Source: Eledone cirrhosa
Lineage: Eukaryota
Assembly: GCA_964016885.1 (NCBI GenBank)
Contig: CAXHJY010000565.1
Location: forward strand, 124,634-188,633
Direction: 5' to 3'
DNA: 64,000 bases
Made by a program: the position numbers and the translations under genes. This document shows, in pieces, positions 42,544 to 57,077 of this stretch. Within the stretch, counting starts at the first letter, position 1. Each line of letters begins with the position of its first letter. The notes beneath the pieces were generated by a model. It saw only the letters and a list, made by a program, of their open reading frames with translations, made no database searches and was not told the origin of the DNA.

Positions 42544-43180
42544 GGAAACCGTTGCACACGCATTGGTACACTGCTCGGGCGTAGCCGATCTGTGGGGCTA
42601 TGTCGAACAACTGCTGTCAAGGGTGGGACCGATCCGGTTGACCACCGAGTCTATTGTAATGATCAAGCCGCCTCCCCCCTTCAAAGATGAAGCAGAGGCG
42701 GTGTTTCTGTGCGTAATAGCCATGGCGAAACAGGTTGTATGGTGGACGCGTCTGAAAGGACTGAGGTCGGGCACCTTTCTCTCTGGCCAACAACTGGTCC
42801 GTTTCTTCCGATATCATTTCGGAAGAAGGATCAGGATGGAGAGAGAGGTGCTGCACCCCAGCCGTTTCTATGAAAGATGGGTGAAAGTGGCGAGAATGGC
42901 CCGTGTGAATGGGCCTTCACTCTACATCAGACTATAGGTGAGGAAGATGAAAGACCAAGGGAGCACCCCTTCTCTGTGCTCCTGAGGAGTAGGGTTGCAC
43001 ACTTTTTTCGGGGGTGTGTGCGACCCCCCAAGGCGCCTCCTCTCTATTGAGGATTTTGTTAAAAATTTTATTTTTTGTTATATCTTATTTTATTTTTATA
43101 TTTTGTTATTGCCTCCTCCTTATTGAGGACGCCTTTTTGTGTAAACTCCCCCCTTTGTACTTGTCCCACTTTTGATGCCC
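42544..43180 (+). mobile_element. 5'-truncated Tx1/L1 LINE (same family as 8451-14043)
   Basis: ETVAHALVHC...RVNGPSLYIRL* is highly similar to 13430-13823; 3' UTR ends gtggcaaataaaagaaat. Confidence 0.9.
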
Positions 43181-43203
43181 TAGTGGCAAATAAAAGAAAT
43201 ATA

Positions 43204-43273
<70 letters not shown>

Positions 43274-43486
43274 TATATATATATATAAGTATATATATAT
43301 ATAAGTATATATATAAGTATATATATATAAGTATATATATATATAAGTATATATATATAAATATATATATATAAGCATTTGAAATTACTATTTTATATTT
43401 TATGGCGGAGGGGGTGTTAAGTCTTTTAAATATATATTATATATATGTATAATTTGCATATTATTAGCGCTGTTGTTAGTAGTTAA

Positions 43487-43605
<119 letters not shown>

Positions 43606-44088
43606 GGATACTATTTATGGTTATGTATATACTAAAACTTTTTATAGTTATGTATATTTTAAACCCTAAACAGTGAAGGTCAGTAATTTATTACTACCTT
43701 ATTACCAGTAAGGTAAATAGCTCAATGTAAGAACATCCGAAGCCTCCAAGCCTAGGTTTGGATGAAACAATTGTAAGTGAATAAATGCTTTGAACATAGC
43801 TTTGATTCTTGTATATATATATATATATATATATTAAGTTGTGCGCTAAGCAGCCGAAGTATATGATAAAGATATATCTGTATATATAAAGAATAGTGGT
43901 CGGCGAGAAAGTGTTACGTATTTCCTTGTGGTTGTTTAAATGCTATACCCACTCTCTGATGAGGAACCCAACTAAGTTTTATTAAACGTATTTGTAGTCT
44001 TTTGTTTTCAATTTATTGCGTAAATTCATATAAACTTATATAAATATTTACATATTTGCTGCAGTTCAATCAGCTGTCAAAAATGAAT

Positions 44089-44278
44089 CAGACCTGCCAA
44101 CTTCTAAAAAGCCCCAAACGGGGAGTACCATGAATAAAGGTGCCTCAAAATGAGGAGAAATGGGGCAAAATTGGGAGATTTTACATAAGGAAAGCTACAT
44201 CATTTTCACAAGAGAAGACATTTCTCAATCACCCTAAAGTGGGTGGGAGATCTCGGACAGGGAGAGTTGACAGGTCTG
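44089..44278. mobile_element. MITE with 14-bp TIRs and a 6-bp TSD
   Basis: TIRs cagacctgccaact / agttgacaggtctg; ATGAAT duplicated at 44083-44088 and 44279-44284. Confidence 0.8.
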
Positions 44279-44511
44279 ATGAATTGTATCTCAATTGATT
44301 TATCAGTAATGTAGCCTTGTTATACATTCCTACAGCTGGACAGGAAAGATTAATTCGTAAGATTTGAACATTTTATCTTTTAACATTATGTGTTTGTAGA
44401 GTGGTTTATGAAGAAGATCGCTCAAGTCTCAATAGTGTCTCTGTACTTTCTATACAAACAGTTGAAACAACGTGTATGTGTTTCTGTGCACACACACACA
44501 CGCGCGCACAT

Positions 44512-44576
<65 letters not shown>

Positions 44577-44682
44577 CTAATGTAATAATTATTGCACTTG
44601 AGTTTTTCAAAACCAAAATGCTTAAATTATTTTTTAAATTATATTATATACAATCAAAAACAAAAAAGAATCAATAGAGAAA

Positions 44683-44771
<89 letters not shown>

Positions 44772-44821
44772 TATATATTTTAATAAATACATATATATAT
44801 ATAAATTATATATATATATAT

Positions 44822-44868
<47 letters not shown>

Positions 44869-45146
44869 GGGGGGTATGACAAGGATGATAACTGACTGGG
44901 TGAAAATTCGAAATAGAGAACATACGATGTCAAACTTCGTCTGAGGACAATTCTTCTGTGTTTGTTTATTCAGCTGAAGATGGTGGCATATTAGACAGTT
45001 TCTTGTGTACATCATATAACTAATATCTCTTATGTAAACAAACAACTGTTCTTTTCACCGGCATGGTCATTATTGGTTCCTAATGAGTAGTGTCAAGAAT
45101 ATATATACATATATATATATATATGTGTGTGTATAATATAGTTATA

Positions 45147-45190
<44 letters not shown>

Positions 45191-45816
45191 TATATATGCA
45201 CATGTATATATGCACATGTATATATGCACATGTATATATGCACATATATAAAAAAACATGCATATTTGTATGCATATATATGTGCATATATATATATTCA
45301 CATTTATATACAAATATATATACATACCCATAGATATTTGTTATTTTAGCTTGTGAAACTGCAGTAAGAGGGAAAAAATTCGTTAATCGCCATGTATTTC
45401 GCTTGACAATGAATTTTGCCTTTGGGATGATACACGTATAAGAGCCCTTTATTTAAAGATACTTTTAAGATACTTCCCTATAGTCAATTCTGAGCGTTAT
45501 TTGATAGTTCAATATTTGTATTTATAAGCTTCTCTAGATTATATTCTAAGCGATATTATTCATAAAGATGTAATGTATATTACTGAATAATTTTCAAATA
45601 TATATATATAAATAAATATGAGTTTTCATACGTATGTATCAGCTGTGCTAAGGCGAGAAATAAAAGTAAACACTTGAGTCTGTTTAATCCGGGGTATACT
45701 TATAATCATGAAGTACATGTCAACGGGTTATAATCGCTGTTATATAATGGTTGTCACCGAAATATATATAACAGCGATTATGAACATATACATATATTTA
45801 TGTGCATTTGTATGTA

Positions 45817-46397
45817 CGAGGTGTGTCAGAATAATTCCAGGACTGATGTCACAAAAGATTTATTTCAAACCCAAACTTCACACTAAGAGTTTTCTCCTTC
45901 AAAGTAATTCTCCTGGAGTATGTAACTGTAATTTTAGCTCTCTGCAGCGATCAAACTTTTTTCTACATAATTTTATATACTTGTCCTCTGTTTCAGGTCG
46001 TCAAGCAATGAGCACAGAGCAACGAACAAACTTGAAAACTCCGTCAGAAACACTGGGATTGCTGCAGCAAGTGTATGGAGATATGACGATGTCACGCTCC
46101 CGTGTTTTTGAGTGGTGCAAGAGGTTTAAAGAAGGACGTGAGGACGTGGAAGATGACCCCAGGAGCGGAAGGCTCTCAACAACCAGGATTGAGGTCAACG
46201 TTGAGCGCATCAGGCAGATGATGCGTAGCGAATGTCGGCTGACTGTTCGACTGATGGCAAATGAACTGGGCATGAATCGGGACAGCGTCTGGAAGATTCT
46301 CACTGAAGATTTGGACATGCGGAAAGTCTGCGCGAAGATGGTGCCAAAACTGTTGAACGGTGACCAGAAGGGTCGACGCATGCAAGTGTGCCAGGAT
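45817..46397 (+). mobile_element. Mariner DNA transposon, 5' half (transposase HTH domains), truncated at a TA tract
   Basis: TA then cgaggtgtgtca TIR-like start; from 46008 MSTEQRTN..VYGD..MSRSRVFEW.KRFKEGREDVEDDPRSGR..MRKVCAKMVPKLL; catalytic domain absent. Confidence 0.88.
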
Positions 46398-46744
46398 ATA
46401 TATATATACACATATACATATACATACATATATAAATATATGTGTACATTTTTGTACTCGATAGTATAAATTAGACTCTGTAGTTTCGCTAAGGCAACCC
46501 GCGTAGGAGATGGAGCCCCCTTATTTCAAAGGCCTACGATTATAGTATCATGTGACATGTGGAATACGGAACACCAGGACTTGATGTACTTCTGTAGAGA
46601 GTGTGCATTGTAAAGTAGAGAGAACTAACTACCTTAATCTAATCATGTTAGCAATTTTGTTCGGTAAATCAACTGTGTACATCGGCATCTTGTGCGCCTC
46701 TCTCCCTCCCTTTTTTCCACAATCCACCTCTCCCTCATCCCCCC

Positions 46745-46829
46745 TCCTCTCTCTCCCTCACTCCATCCCTCCTCTCTCTCTCTCTCTTTCCTCTCTCTCT
46801 CTCTCTTTCTCTCTCTCTCTTTCTCTCTT

Positions 46830-46873
<44 letters not shown>

Positions 46874-46930
46874 TCTTTCTCTCACTCTCTCTTTCTCTCT
46901 TTCTCTCTCTCCCCCCTCTCTCTCTCTCTG
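46745..46930. repeat. (CT)n-rich microsatellite
   Basis: Visible in sequence. Confidence 0.9.
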
Positions 46931-47587
46931 ATGGACACAGGTATGATTAGGCAAGAGCAACGGGTAGTAAAGTGACTTGCTCAAGAAAGCAACGTGTCAA
47001 ATGTTCTATCCACTAAGCCAAGGGTCTTTGCAAATATTAATATATTTAACATAGAATAAACAAAAAAGTGTATTAACTGTAAATAAGAAATCGAGATAAC
47101 TATCCTAAAAAATGTTCATATTTCAGAAACATAAAGTGTATTTTAAGTTTTTATGAAAGGAATGTATGCATGTACGTATGTTAATAAAAACGTAAATAGC
47201 AGCAACCTATACCCCAACGATACAAGCCCGAACAGTGAGGGAAAAGACTTTCTGGCGTACAGAAAGAAACCCAGTCGCAAGCTGCCTCATGGTCACAGCG
47301 AACAACAAACTGGAAAAAACGTCAAGATGAAGTACAGCGATGGAGAGGCATTAAATTCGTACGCAACAGTATTGGCACGGTTCTGACAAACTTTGTGAAA
47401 AATAAAAAAATAAAAATAGGTCATATCTATTAACCGTATTCAGTCAGTCAAATACTTAGACAGATGTTAATAATTTTGAAGGTGGTGTCTGAGCTTCAAG
47501 ACCACCATGTCCACAGCTTAAACAATCTCCCGAAAGATTTTCATCCCATCCCAAGAGTAAAATTAACAACAGCATGGAGACGGCAAC

Positions 47588-47590
<3 letters not shown>

Positions 47591-47659
<69 letters not shown>

Positions 47660-47707
47660 TATATATATATATATATATTTTTTGATATATATATATATAT
47701 ATATTTT

Positions 47708-47787
<80 letters not shown>

Positions 47788-47801
47788 TTATATATATATA
47801 T

Positions 47802-47865
<64 letters not shown>

Positions 47866-47885
47866 GTATATATTGTATATATGTA

Positions 47886-47919
<34 letters not shown>

Positions 47920-47995
47920 CATTTATATACATGCATGTATACATATATATATACGCACGTATACATAAATATATGTATGTATATAAGTATACATA

Positions 47996-48039
<44 letters not shown>

Positions 48040-48109
48040 TATACATATATATGAATATATATATAAGTATACATATATATGTATATATATATATATATAA
48101 GTATACATA

Positions 48110-48149
<40 letters not shown>

Positions 48150-48159
48150 TATACATATA

Positions 48160-48197
<38 letters not shown>

Positions 48198-48205
48198 TAT
48201 ACATA

Positions 48206-48291
<86 letters not shown>

Positions 48292-48391
48292 AATACATAT
48301 ATATATATATATATATTATATATATTGTATATATATATATATTATATATATATATATATATAATATATATAATATATATATATATATATAT

Positions 48392-48422
<31 letters not shown>

Positions 48423-48570
48423 ATACATATATATATATATAATATAATATATATATATATATAATATATATATATATACAATATATATAATATATATATA
48501 TATATAATATATATAATATATATATATAATATATATAATATATATATATATATATATAATATATATATAA
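47591..48570. repeat. Degenerate (TA)n tract
   Basis: Visible in sequence. Confidence 0.95.
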
Positions 48571-48571
48571 T

Positions 48572-50566
48572 CTACATCTAAGGCGGGTAAAATTCCCGAG
48601 ATCCATGGACGAGTTCTCTCCAGCGGTCTCTGTCCCTCATTATCGCTGCCATATCCTGCATCTCCAACAGACCAGTGTCTGTCCTTAGGGTATCAACATA
48701 TGTTAACCTTGGTCTTCCTCTTCTAGTGTATCCATGTAGGGGCTCCCAAAGGAGCACTGAGTGCAATGTCAACTCTGGATGTCGGTGAGCATGTCCAGCC
48801 AACCTCAGTCTCCTCTGTGTCACTTTTGAGCTGACTTCTTGGATGCTCCCATACAGCTCTGAGTTTTTCATCCTCAGTGTATACAGATTAATGTTCAGAG
48901 CCATCCTCAGCATTCTCGTGTAGCACCCATCCACCATCTGAGTGAGTTTCTTGGTCAGTGTCCAAGTCTCAGACCCATACAGCAACACAGACTCCACTAC
49001 AGCAATGAAGGTCCGACTTCCACACCGATCTCAAGCTGTGGCACGCCGCCCAGGCCTTGCTCTTCCTCTCAACCACATCATCTTCCGTATTCCCAATCTT
49101 TGCTCCCAAATACAGGAAGTCCTCAACCAATTCCAGCGGCTTCCCGCCTACATTAGTGATCCCCTCTGGCTTCTCAACATTCTCTACCAGATATTTTGTT
49201 TTAGTCTCATTCATTCTCAGCCGCACACTCATCGACACAGTCTCAACCTCCCGCATCAAATCCTCTGCCTCCTTCACTGTATTTGTCACCAAAACTATGT
49301 CGTCGGCAAATTCAGCATCCGATACCTTTTTCGCCCTAACTCTCCTGCTCTGAGCCGGTGCTACAGTAAAGCCAGAGTCCTGGTGTTTCTCCAGTGCAAG
49401 GCGCATACAATAGTCCACTACGATGATAAAAAGGTAGGGAGCCAATGTATCTCCCTGGAGCACTCCAGCAAGTATCTCAAAGAACTCTGTCATCCCATCA
49501 GGTGTAATGACTTGGGCTTTGGTGTTGGTGTAGAGCAGTGATATCAGGTCCACTATCCTCTTGGGGATTCCATAAGCCTGTAAGATCTTCATCAGGCAGT
49601 AACGGTCCACAGAATCAAAGGCCTTCCTAAAGTCAATGAAAACCATGACCGCAGGAAGGCACTTTGCTCTAGCTCCCTCTAATATCCTCCTCAGCATCAG
49701 GATGTGACTGGTGGTTGATCTACCCTCTCTGAAGCCGTTCTGGTTGTCCCTGAGCTTCTTTTCCATCTCAGGCTGGATCCTGTTAAGAATCATCCTGTTG
49801 AGGGTCTTTGCCACAAGTGACGTCAGTGAGATCCCCCGGTAGTTGTTGGTGTTAGAGAGATCTCCCTTCTTTGGCACTGGGACGATGTTACTGATCCTCC
49901 ACTGATTCGGGGCAACTCCTTTCTCCAGTGCCCCGTTACAGAACCCCAGGATGATATCATCAAAATCACACCTCTTCATCACCTCTGATGACACTCCATC
50001 TTCTCCATGAGCCTTGCCCTCCTTGATCTTCTTCTTGGCTCTCTGAAGCTCCTCACTGGTGAAGGGCTCTGTCTCAACATCCAGTTCCTCAAACAGCCGC
50101 CTGATCTCCCAGTGCTCTGGGCTGTGGAGGGTGGCTCTCCTAGTAGGGTCCTAAAATGGTCTAGCCATTTCCTCTTCCTATCCTCGGGCCCCGTTCCCTG
50201 GATCTGACTCGAACACCTTCTCTTCCTCCCTGTGATCTCGTTGATTATCATCCAGCTCTCCTTACATCCAGATCTGTCAACCGCTCTCTCCACACTTCTG
50301 ATCTTCTCTATCAGTGCCTCCTCTCTGACCTCAGTGTAAGCGGTACAGAGCTCTTCCCTCATCACCTCCACAGTCTCCATCCTCACCTCCGTAGGATCAG
50401 AATAGAATTGGTCCCTGGCAGCTTTCAGGTGTTCTCTGGCTGCACACACTTTTGGGTCTGCAGAGCTGACGTGCTTCCCTTTGTTCTTTTTCCTCGGCAC
50501 CAGGGTTTCACTTGCTTCCGCCACTGCATTGGTGAAGTGCCCGTACCTCCTCGTCACACTCTCCTC
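48572..50566 (-). mobile_element. 5'-truncated, frameshifted RTE/RTEX-like LINE in (TA)n
   Basis: PVPKKGDL, NYRGISL, NQNGFR, FIDFRKAFD, GVLQGDTLAPYLF, FADD and LLYGSETW across ORFs 49979-50557, 48969-49994 and 48578-48997; almost no 3' UTR. Confidence 0.88.
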
Positions 50567-51750
<1,184 letters not shown>

Positions 51751-51752
<2 letters not shown>

Positions 51753-52031
51753 TAAACCGACGGTAGTCGGTTTAGTTATAGTAATATTGTTGTCTTAGTG
51801 ATTTCGTTGGCAATCGTCTCTTTACAGCATTATTAGAATGTCTTCCGATTATCAAAATCACATGAAAGTTATATGAGCATGGAGAGTAAATCATTGCACA
51901 TCTCTTAAGCTAAAAATCTCGAAATTTCGTTCAGCACAAAAAAAGTTATGATCAAAGTTTGCTGAAAAAAACTGTGTTCAAGTGAGTAAGTGAGTGAGTA
52001 AGGGTGACGCTCTGTTATATATATTTATATT

Positions 52032-52064
<33 letters not shown>

Positions 52065-52156
52065 ATATTTATATATTTATATTTATATATATATATATTA
52101 TATTTATATATATATATATTTATATATATATATTTATATATATATATCTATATATT

Positions 52157-52194
<38 letters not shown>

Positions 52195-52228
52195 TATATA
52201 TATTTATATATATATTTATATATATATT

Positions 52229-52259
<31 letters not shown>

Positions 52260-52260
52260 T

Positions 52261-52355
<95 letters not shown>

Positions 52356-52960
52356 ATTTATATATATATATATTTATATATATATATATGTTTATTATAT
52401 ATATTTATATATATATATATGTTTATATATATTTATATATATATATATGTTTATATATATTTATATATCCTAAACCGACGGTAGTCGGTTTAGTCCTAAA
52501 CCGACGGTAGTCGGTTTAGTAATATTGTTGTCTTAGTGATTTCGTTGGCAATCGTCTCTTTTACAGCATTATTAGAATGTCTTCCGATTATCAAAATCAC
52601 ATGAAAGTTATATGAGCATGGAGAGTAAATCATTGCACATCTCTTAAGCTAAAAATCTCGAAATTTCGTTCAGCACAAAAAAAGTTATGATCAAAGTTTG
52701 CTGAATATAGTAATATTGTTGTCTTAGTGATTTCGTTGGCAATCGTCTCTTTACAGCATTATTAGAATGTCTTCCGATTATCAAAATCACATGAAAGTTA
52801 TATGAGCATGGAGAGTAAATCATTGCACATCTCTTAAGCTAAAAATCTCGAAATTTCGTTCAGCACAAAAAAAGTTATGATCAAAGTTTGCTGAAAAAAA
52901 CTGTGTTCAAGTGAGTAAGTGAGTGAGTAAGGGTGACGCTCTGTTATATATATTTATATT

Positions 52961-52993
<33 letters not shown>

Positions 52994-53086
52994 ATATTTA
53001 TATATTTATATTTATATATATATATATTTATATTTATATATATATATATTTATATATATATATTTATATATATATATCTATATATT

Positions 53087-53124
<38 letters not shown>

Positions 53125-53158
53125 TATATATATTTATATATATATTTATATATATATT

Positions 53159-53189
<31 letters not shown>

Positions 53190-53190
53190 T

Positions 53191-53259
<69 letters not shown>

Positions 53260-53730
53260 ATATATTTATAATATATTATATTTATATATATATATATTTA
53301 TATATATATATATGTTTATTATATATATTTATATATATATATATGTTTATATATATTTATATATATATATATGTTTATATATATTTATATATCCTAAACC
53401 GACGGTAGTCGGTTTAGTCCTAAACCGACGGTAGTCGGTTTATCCTAAACCGACGGTAGTCGGTTTAGTCCTAAACCGACGGTAGTCGGTTTAGTAATAT
53501 TGTTGTCTTAGTGATTTCGTTGGCAATCGTCTCTTTTACAGCATTATTAGAATGTCTTCCGATTATCAAAATCACATGAAAGTTATATGAGCATGGAGAG
53601 TAAATCATTGCACATCTCTTAAGCTAAAAATCTCGAAATTTCGTTCAGCACAAAAAAAGTTATGATCAAAGTTTGCTGAAAAAAACTGTGTTCAAGTGAG
53701 TAAGTGAGTGAGTAAGGGTGACGCTCTGTG
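51751..53730 (-). mobile_element. Tandemly amplified terminus of a probable rolling-circle (Helentron/HINE-like) element
   Basis: A ~235-bp block repeats four times (51780, 52520, 52709, 53494) with a (GTGA)n core; terminal hairpin ctaaaccgac-ggta-gtcggtttag present in 1, 2 and 4 tandem copies. Family assignment is inference. Confidence 0.5.
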
Positions 53731-53771
53731 CATTTGATGCATCTCTTGGGACCGGTCAGAGGAGGATAAGG

Positions 53772-54340
53772 GGTTATTCGGGGTGCGGCGCTTATTCGAA
53801 CCCTCCCCCAGTGACTGCGATTATTCGGGGTGAGACGCTTATTCGAACCCCCCCCCCCCCCGCTTATTCGAACCCTCCCCCCAGTGACTGCAATTATTCG
53901 GGGTGCGGCGCTTATTCGAACCCTTCCCCCAGTGACTGCGGTTATTCGGGGTGCGGCGCTTATTCGAACCCTCCCCCCAGTGACTGCGATTATTCGGGGT
54001 GCGGCGCTTATTCGAACCCTCCCCCCAGTGACTGCGGTTATTCGGGGTGCGGCGCTTATTCGAACCCTCCCCCCAGTGACTGCGATTATTCGGGGTGAGG
54101 CGCTTATTCGAACCCCCCCCCCCCCCCACAGTGACTGCGGTTATTCGGGGTGCGGCGCTTATTCGACCCCCCCCCCCCCACAGTGACTGCGATTAATCGG
54201 GGTGAGGCGCTTATTCGAACCCTCCCCCAGTGACTGCTGTTTATTTGGGGTGAGGGTCTTATTCGAACCCCCCCTAGTGACTGCGGTTATTCGGGGTGCG
54301 GTGGTTATTTGAACCCCCCCCCCCCAGTGACTGCGGTTAT
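53772..54340. repeat. GC-rich 48-bp minisatellite (~12 copies)
   Basis: Unit ttattcggggtgcggcgcttattcgaaccctccccccagtgactgcgg. Confidence 0.9.
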
Positions 54341-54919
54341 TTTTTTGAATTTGAATTTTAAATGTTGATACAATGTGGCAGTAAACATTAATCATTGAGC
54401 TAATTAGGAGCTATTATGTTCTCCTATCTCGCGATAAGTGGTCACACGTTGCAAACTAGTTGAGGTTGTCTTCTATTTATATTCAAATGAGTAAATCACT
54501 CACTGCATTGTTCTCTTTCAAAGCAGTCGCTGATTGATATACTAGAAATTCAGAAAATCATTTGGATTTGTACTAATAGTTGTGAATAGTTGTGCTATTT
54601 TTTGTACCGATAGGTGCGAGTAGTGAACTCATTTGCGATAGGTGCGAATAGTGTGCTCATTTGACATATGAAAATGACGTCTCTCGGCTTTTTTATCGGC
54701 TTATTTATTTTGACTATTACAAATGAAAAATTTGTTTCCCTGCAAAAGTCTCGCCAAAATGGTCGCAAAAAAAATCGCAAAAGGTCACTTCATACGTTTC
54801 GCGGCTTTCGAAAAAAGTCACCATATACGTTTCGCGGCTTTTTTGATCGGCTTATTACTTTTTTGCCTGGCGCGAAAATGCAATACAGTTGTTTTTTGGA
54901 CTATGAACACTCAAATGAT

Positions 54920-55257
54920 GAAATCGACAAAAATGGCGTGTGAGAAGAAAATCAAAAAATTTGCATATGAAAAATCGACAAAAAATGGCGCGCGTGAAGA
55001 AAATACAAAAATCCAAAAAAAAATTATCATGTGAAAAATTGACAAAAAATCGACAAAAATGGCGTGCGTGAAGAAAATCCCAAAAATCCAAAAAAAAAAT
55101 TATCATGTGAAAAATTGACAAAAAATCGACAAAAATGGCGCGCGTGAAAAAAAATCAAAAAAACCCAAAAAAATTTGCATGTGAAAAATTGACAAAAAAT
55201 CGACCAAAAATGGCGCGCGTGAAAAAAATCCCAAAAAAATTTGCATGTGAAAATTGA
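54920..55257. repeat. ~55-75-bp degenerate minisatellite
   Basis: Recurring aaatcgacaaaaatggcgcgcgtgaa...catgtgaaaaattgac. Confidence 0.85.
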
Positions 55258-55722
55258 TATTTACCTTCTATTGCATTAGAATTTGTCATGTTTAATTAAA
55301 ATGTTATTTTCAACTAAATGCAAATGGTGCAAATTTGCTCCATTTAGATTCAGTTGTTAATGCTCACCTACTAATTTAAAAAAATTGTATTTTCTTAAAT
55401 GACTCTTATTTATCATAAGTTAATATTTTTAAGATAGGTGAGTGCTCCACGATCTGACCTATGTCCCCGCCATGTGGAGTGGATGCTTGTACCAATTAGA
55501 TAAATATCTCAACTTATTTCTGTGACTCCAATGCACAGGCTGACACTGTAGCTTGAATTAAATTCAAAATTGGTACAAGTAACTAAGAGGTCACAAAAGA
55601 ATAGCTTCACTTTCACCTATAGTTTTCATTAACATCATTTTGGGGATTTTTTGATAGAAGTAACTAAAGTAATAACTATTTAATTAAGTAGTTGTTGTTT
55701 GCATTGCCTTGAAAAATAGGAA

Positions 55723-56842
55723 ACTAGCTAGAAAAATGCGTACAGCAAAAAAAAAGTAATATTGTTGGAACAAACCTTTAAAAATACAGGACAAGGAAGT
55801 AAGATAAACCTTTAAAAATACAGGACAAAGAACTAAGATAAAACTTTAAAAGAATAGGACAAGGAATATAAATTTTTACAATAATATTAGTGGCAAAAAT
55901 TTTATTGGAAAAATAGATAATTGATCAAATAAAAGTGATTTATTTGAGTAACATGAAATTACTTAATGAGAAATATCAATACAATGAAATTGATCCCTGT
56001 CTTGTGTTCCTCCTCCAAGTCCGAGTTGTACCAACTGGTTCATTGGTTCATGAGGAAGTGGGCCAGGAAAAATGTAGGAAAAGTCATCATGGTTCATTTC
56101 TGTTCTTCCCTTCTACTCGAGCCCCCTCAGCGCCTGCATCCCCCAGCTACAATGACTCCCAAATCAGCAGTCTGTTGCTCCTGCACCAACGCCTCCACCT
56201 CCTCCCCCCTCGTCGCCTGCTTCAACTTTCATCATTGCTGCGCCAACATGCCCAGTGCTGTCTGGAAGTGGTTCAACGAGTCCGGCGCCGGCTTCACCTG
56301 CTTTCAAGTGCTCTCCCAGGAAGAAGCACTCTGCCCTATCCACCTGCCCCTTCTACCACTGCCCATGAAGCCAGTCCGGAACCGTCAACCGTGCCTCAAA
56401 GTGTCATCGAGGACCAGCAGGATTCCGAGTCGAACACGGGCCCATTCACCTTGGTCACTCGCCGTCATCGTCCCAGAGTCAAGACCCGTACCCCTCCCTC
56501 TCCCCCTCCAGTTCCTGCTCCGACCCAGTCCGAGTTGCGCCGGGTCATCCGCGAGGAGTTGGACCGGGAAAGATGACAGACAAGTGATCATGGTTGGAGT
56601 GGATGCATGCGGAACATCATAGTTGTAATTGGTGTAATGATGGAAACTCAATTTTTTACCAATTGAATTTTGCCACTAATATTATTGTAAAAATTTATAA
56701 TCCTTGTCCTATTCTTTTAAAGTTTTATCTTAGTTCTTTGTCCTGTATTTTTAAAGGTTTATCTTACTTCCTTGTCCTGTATTTTTAAAGGTTTGTTCCA
56801 ACAATATTACTTTTTTTTGCTGTACGCATTTTTCTAGCTAGT
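55723..56842. mobile_element. ~175-bp inverted repeats enclosing a GC-rich PHD-like coding fragment
   Basis: 55723-55898 is the reverse complement of 56668-56842; internal frame MTPKSAVCCSC..AC..FHHCC..FTCFQ resembles a LINE ORF1 PHD finger. Confidence 0.6.
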
Positions 56843-56895
56843 ATATATATAATATATATATATATATATAATATATATATATATATATAATATAT

Positions 56896-56991
<96 letters not shown>

Positions 56992-57077
56992 GCAAAAGTT
57001 TTATTTAAAATTGTTGGGTTACAACGAGTAAATATTTTATAACTGATATAAAAGCACTCAACAAGTTTTGGAGTAGA

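Noticed and set aside
43950-44000. CTGATGA motif as a hammerhead
   Set aside because: No GAAA and no helix I partner.
47190-47390. GC-balanced island as a possible exon
   Set aside because: No convincing donor/acceptor pair, partner exon or recognisable peptide.
53718-54395. Repetitive Cys/Gly/Pro protein (SDCGYSGCGAYSNPPP)n
   Set aside because: Several frames on both strands are open because the unit is 48 bp; poly-C length changes break the frame; no splice support.
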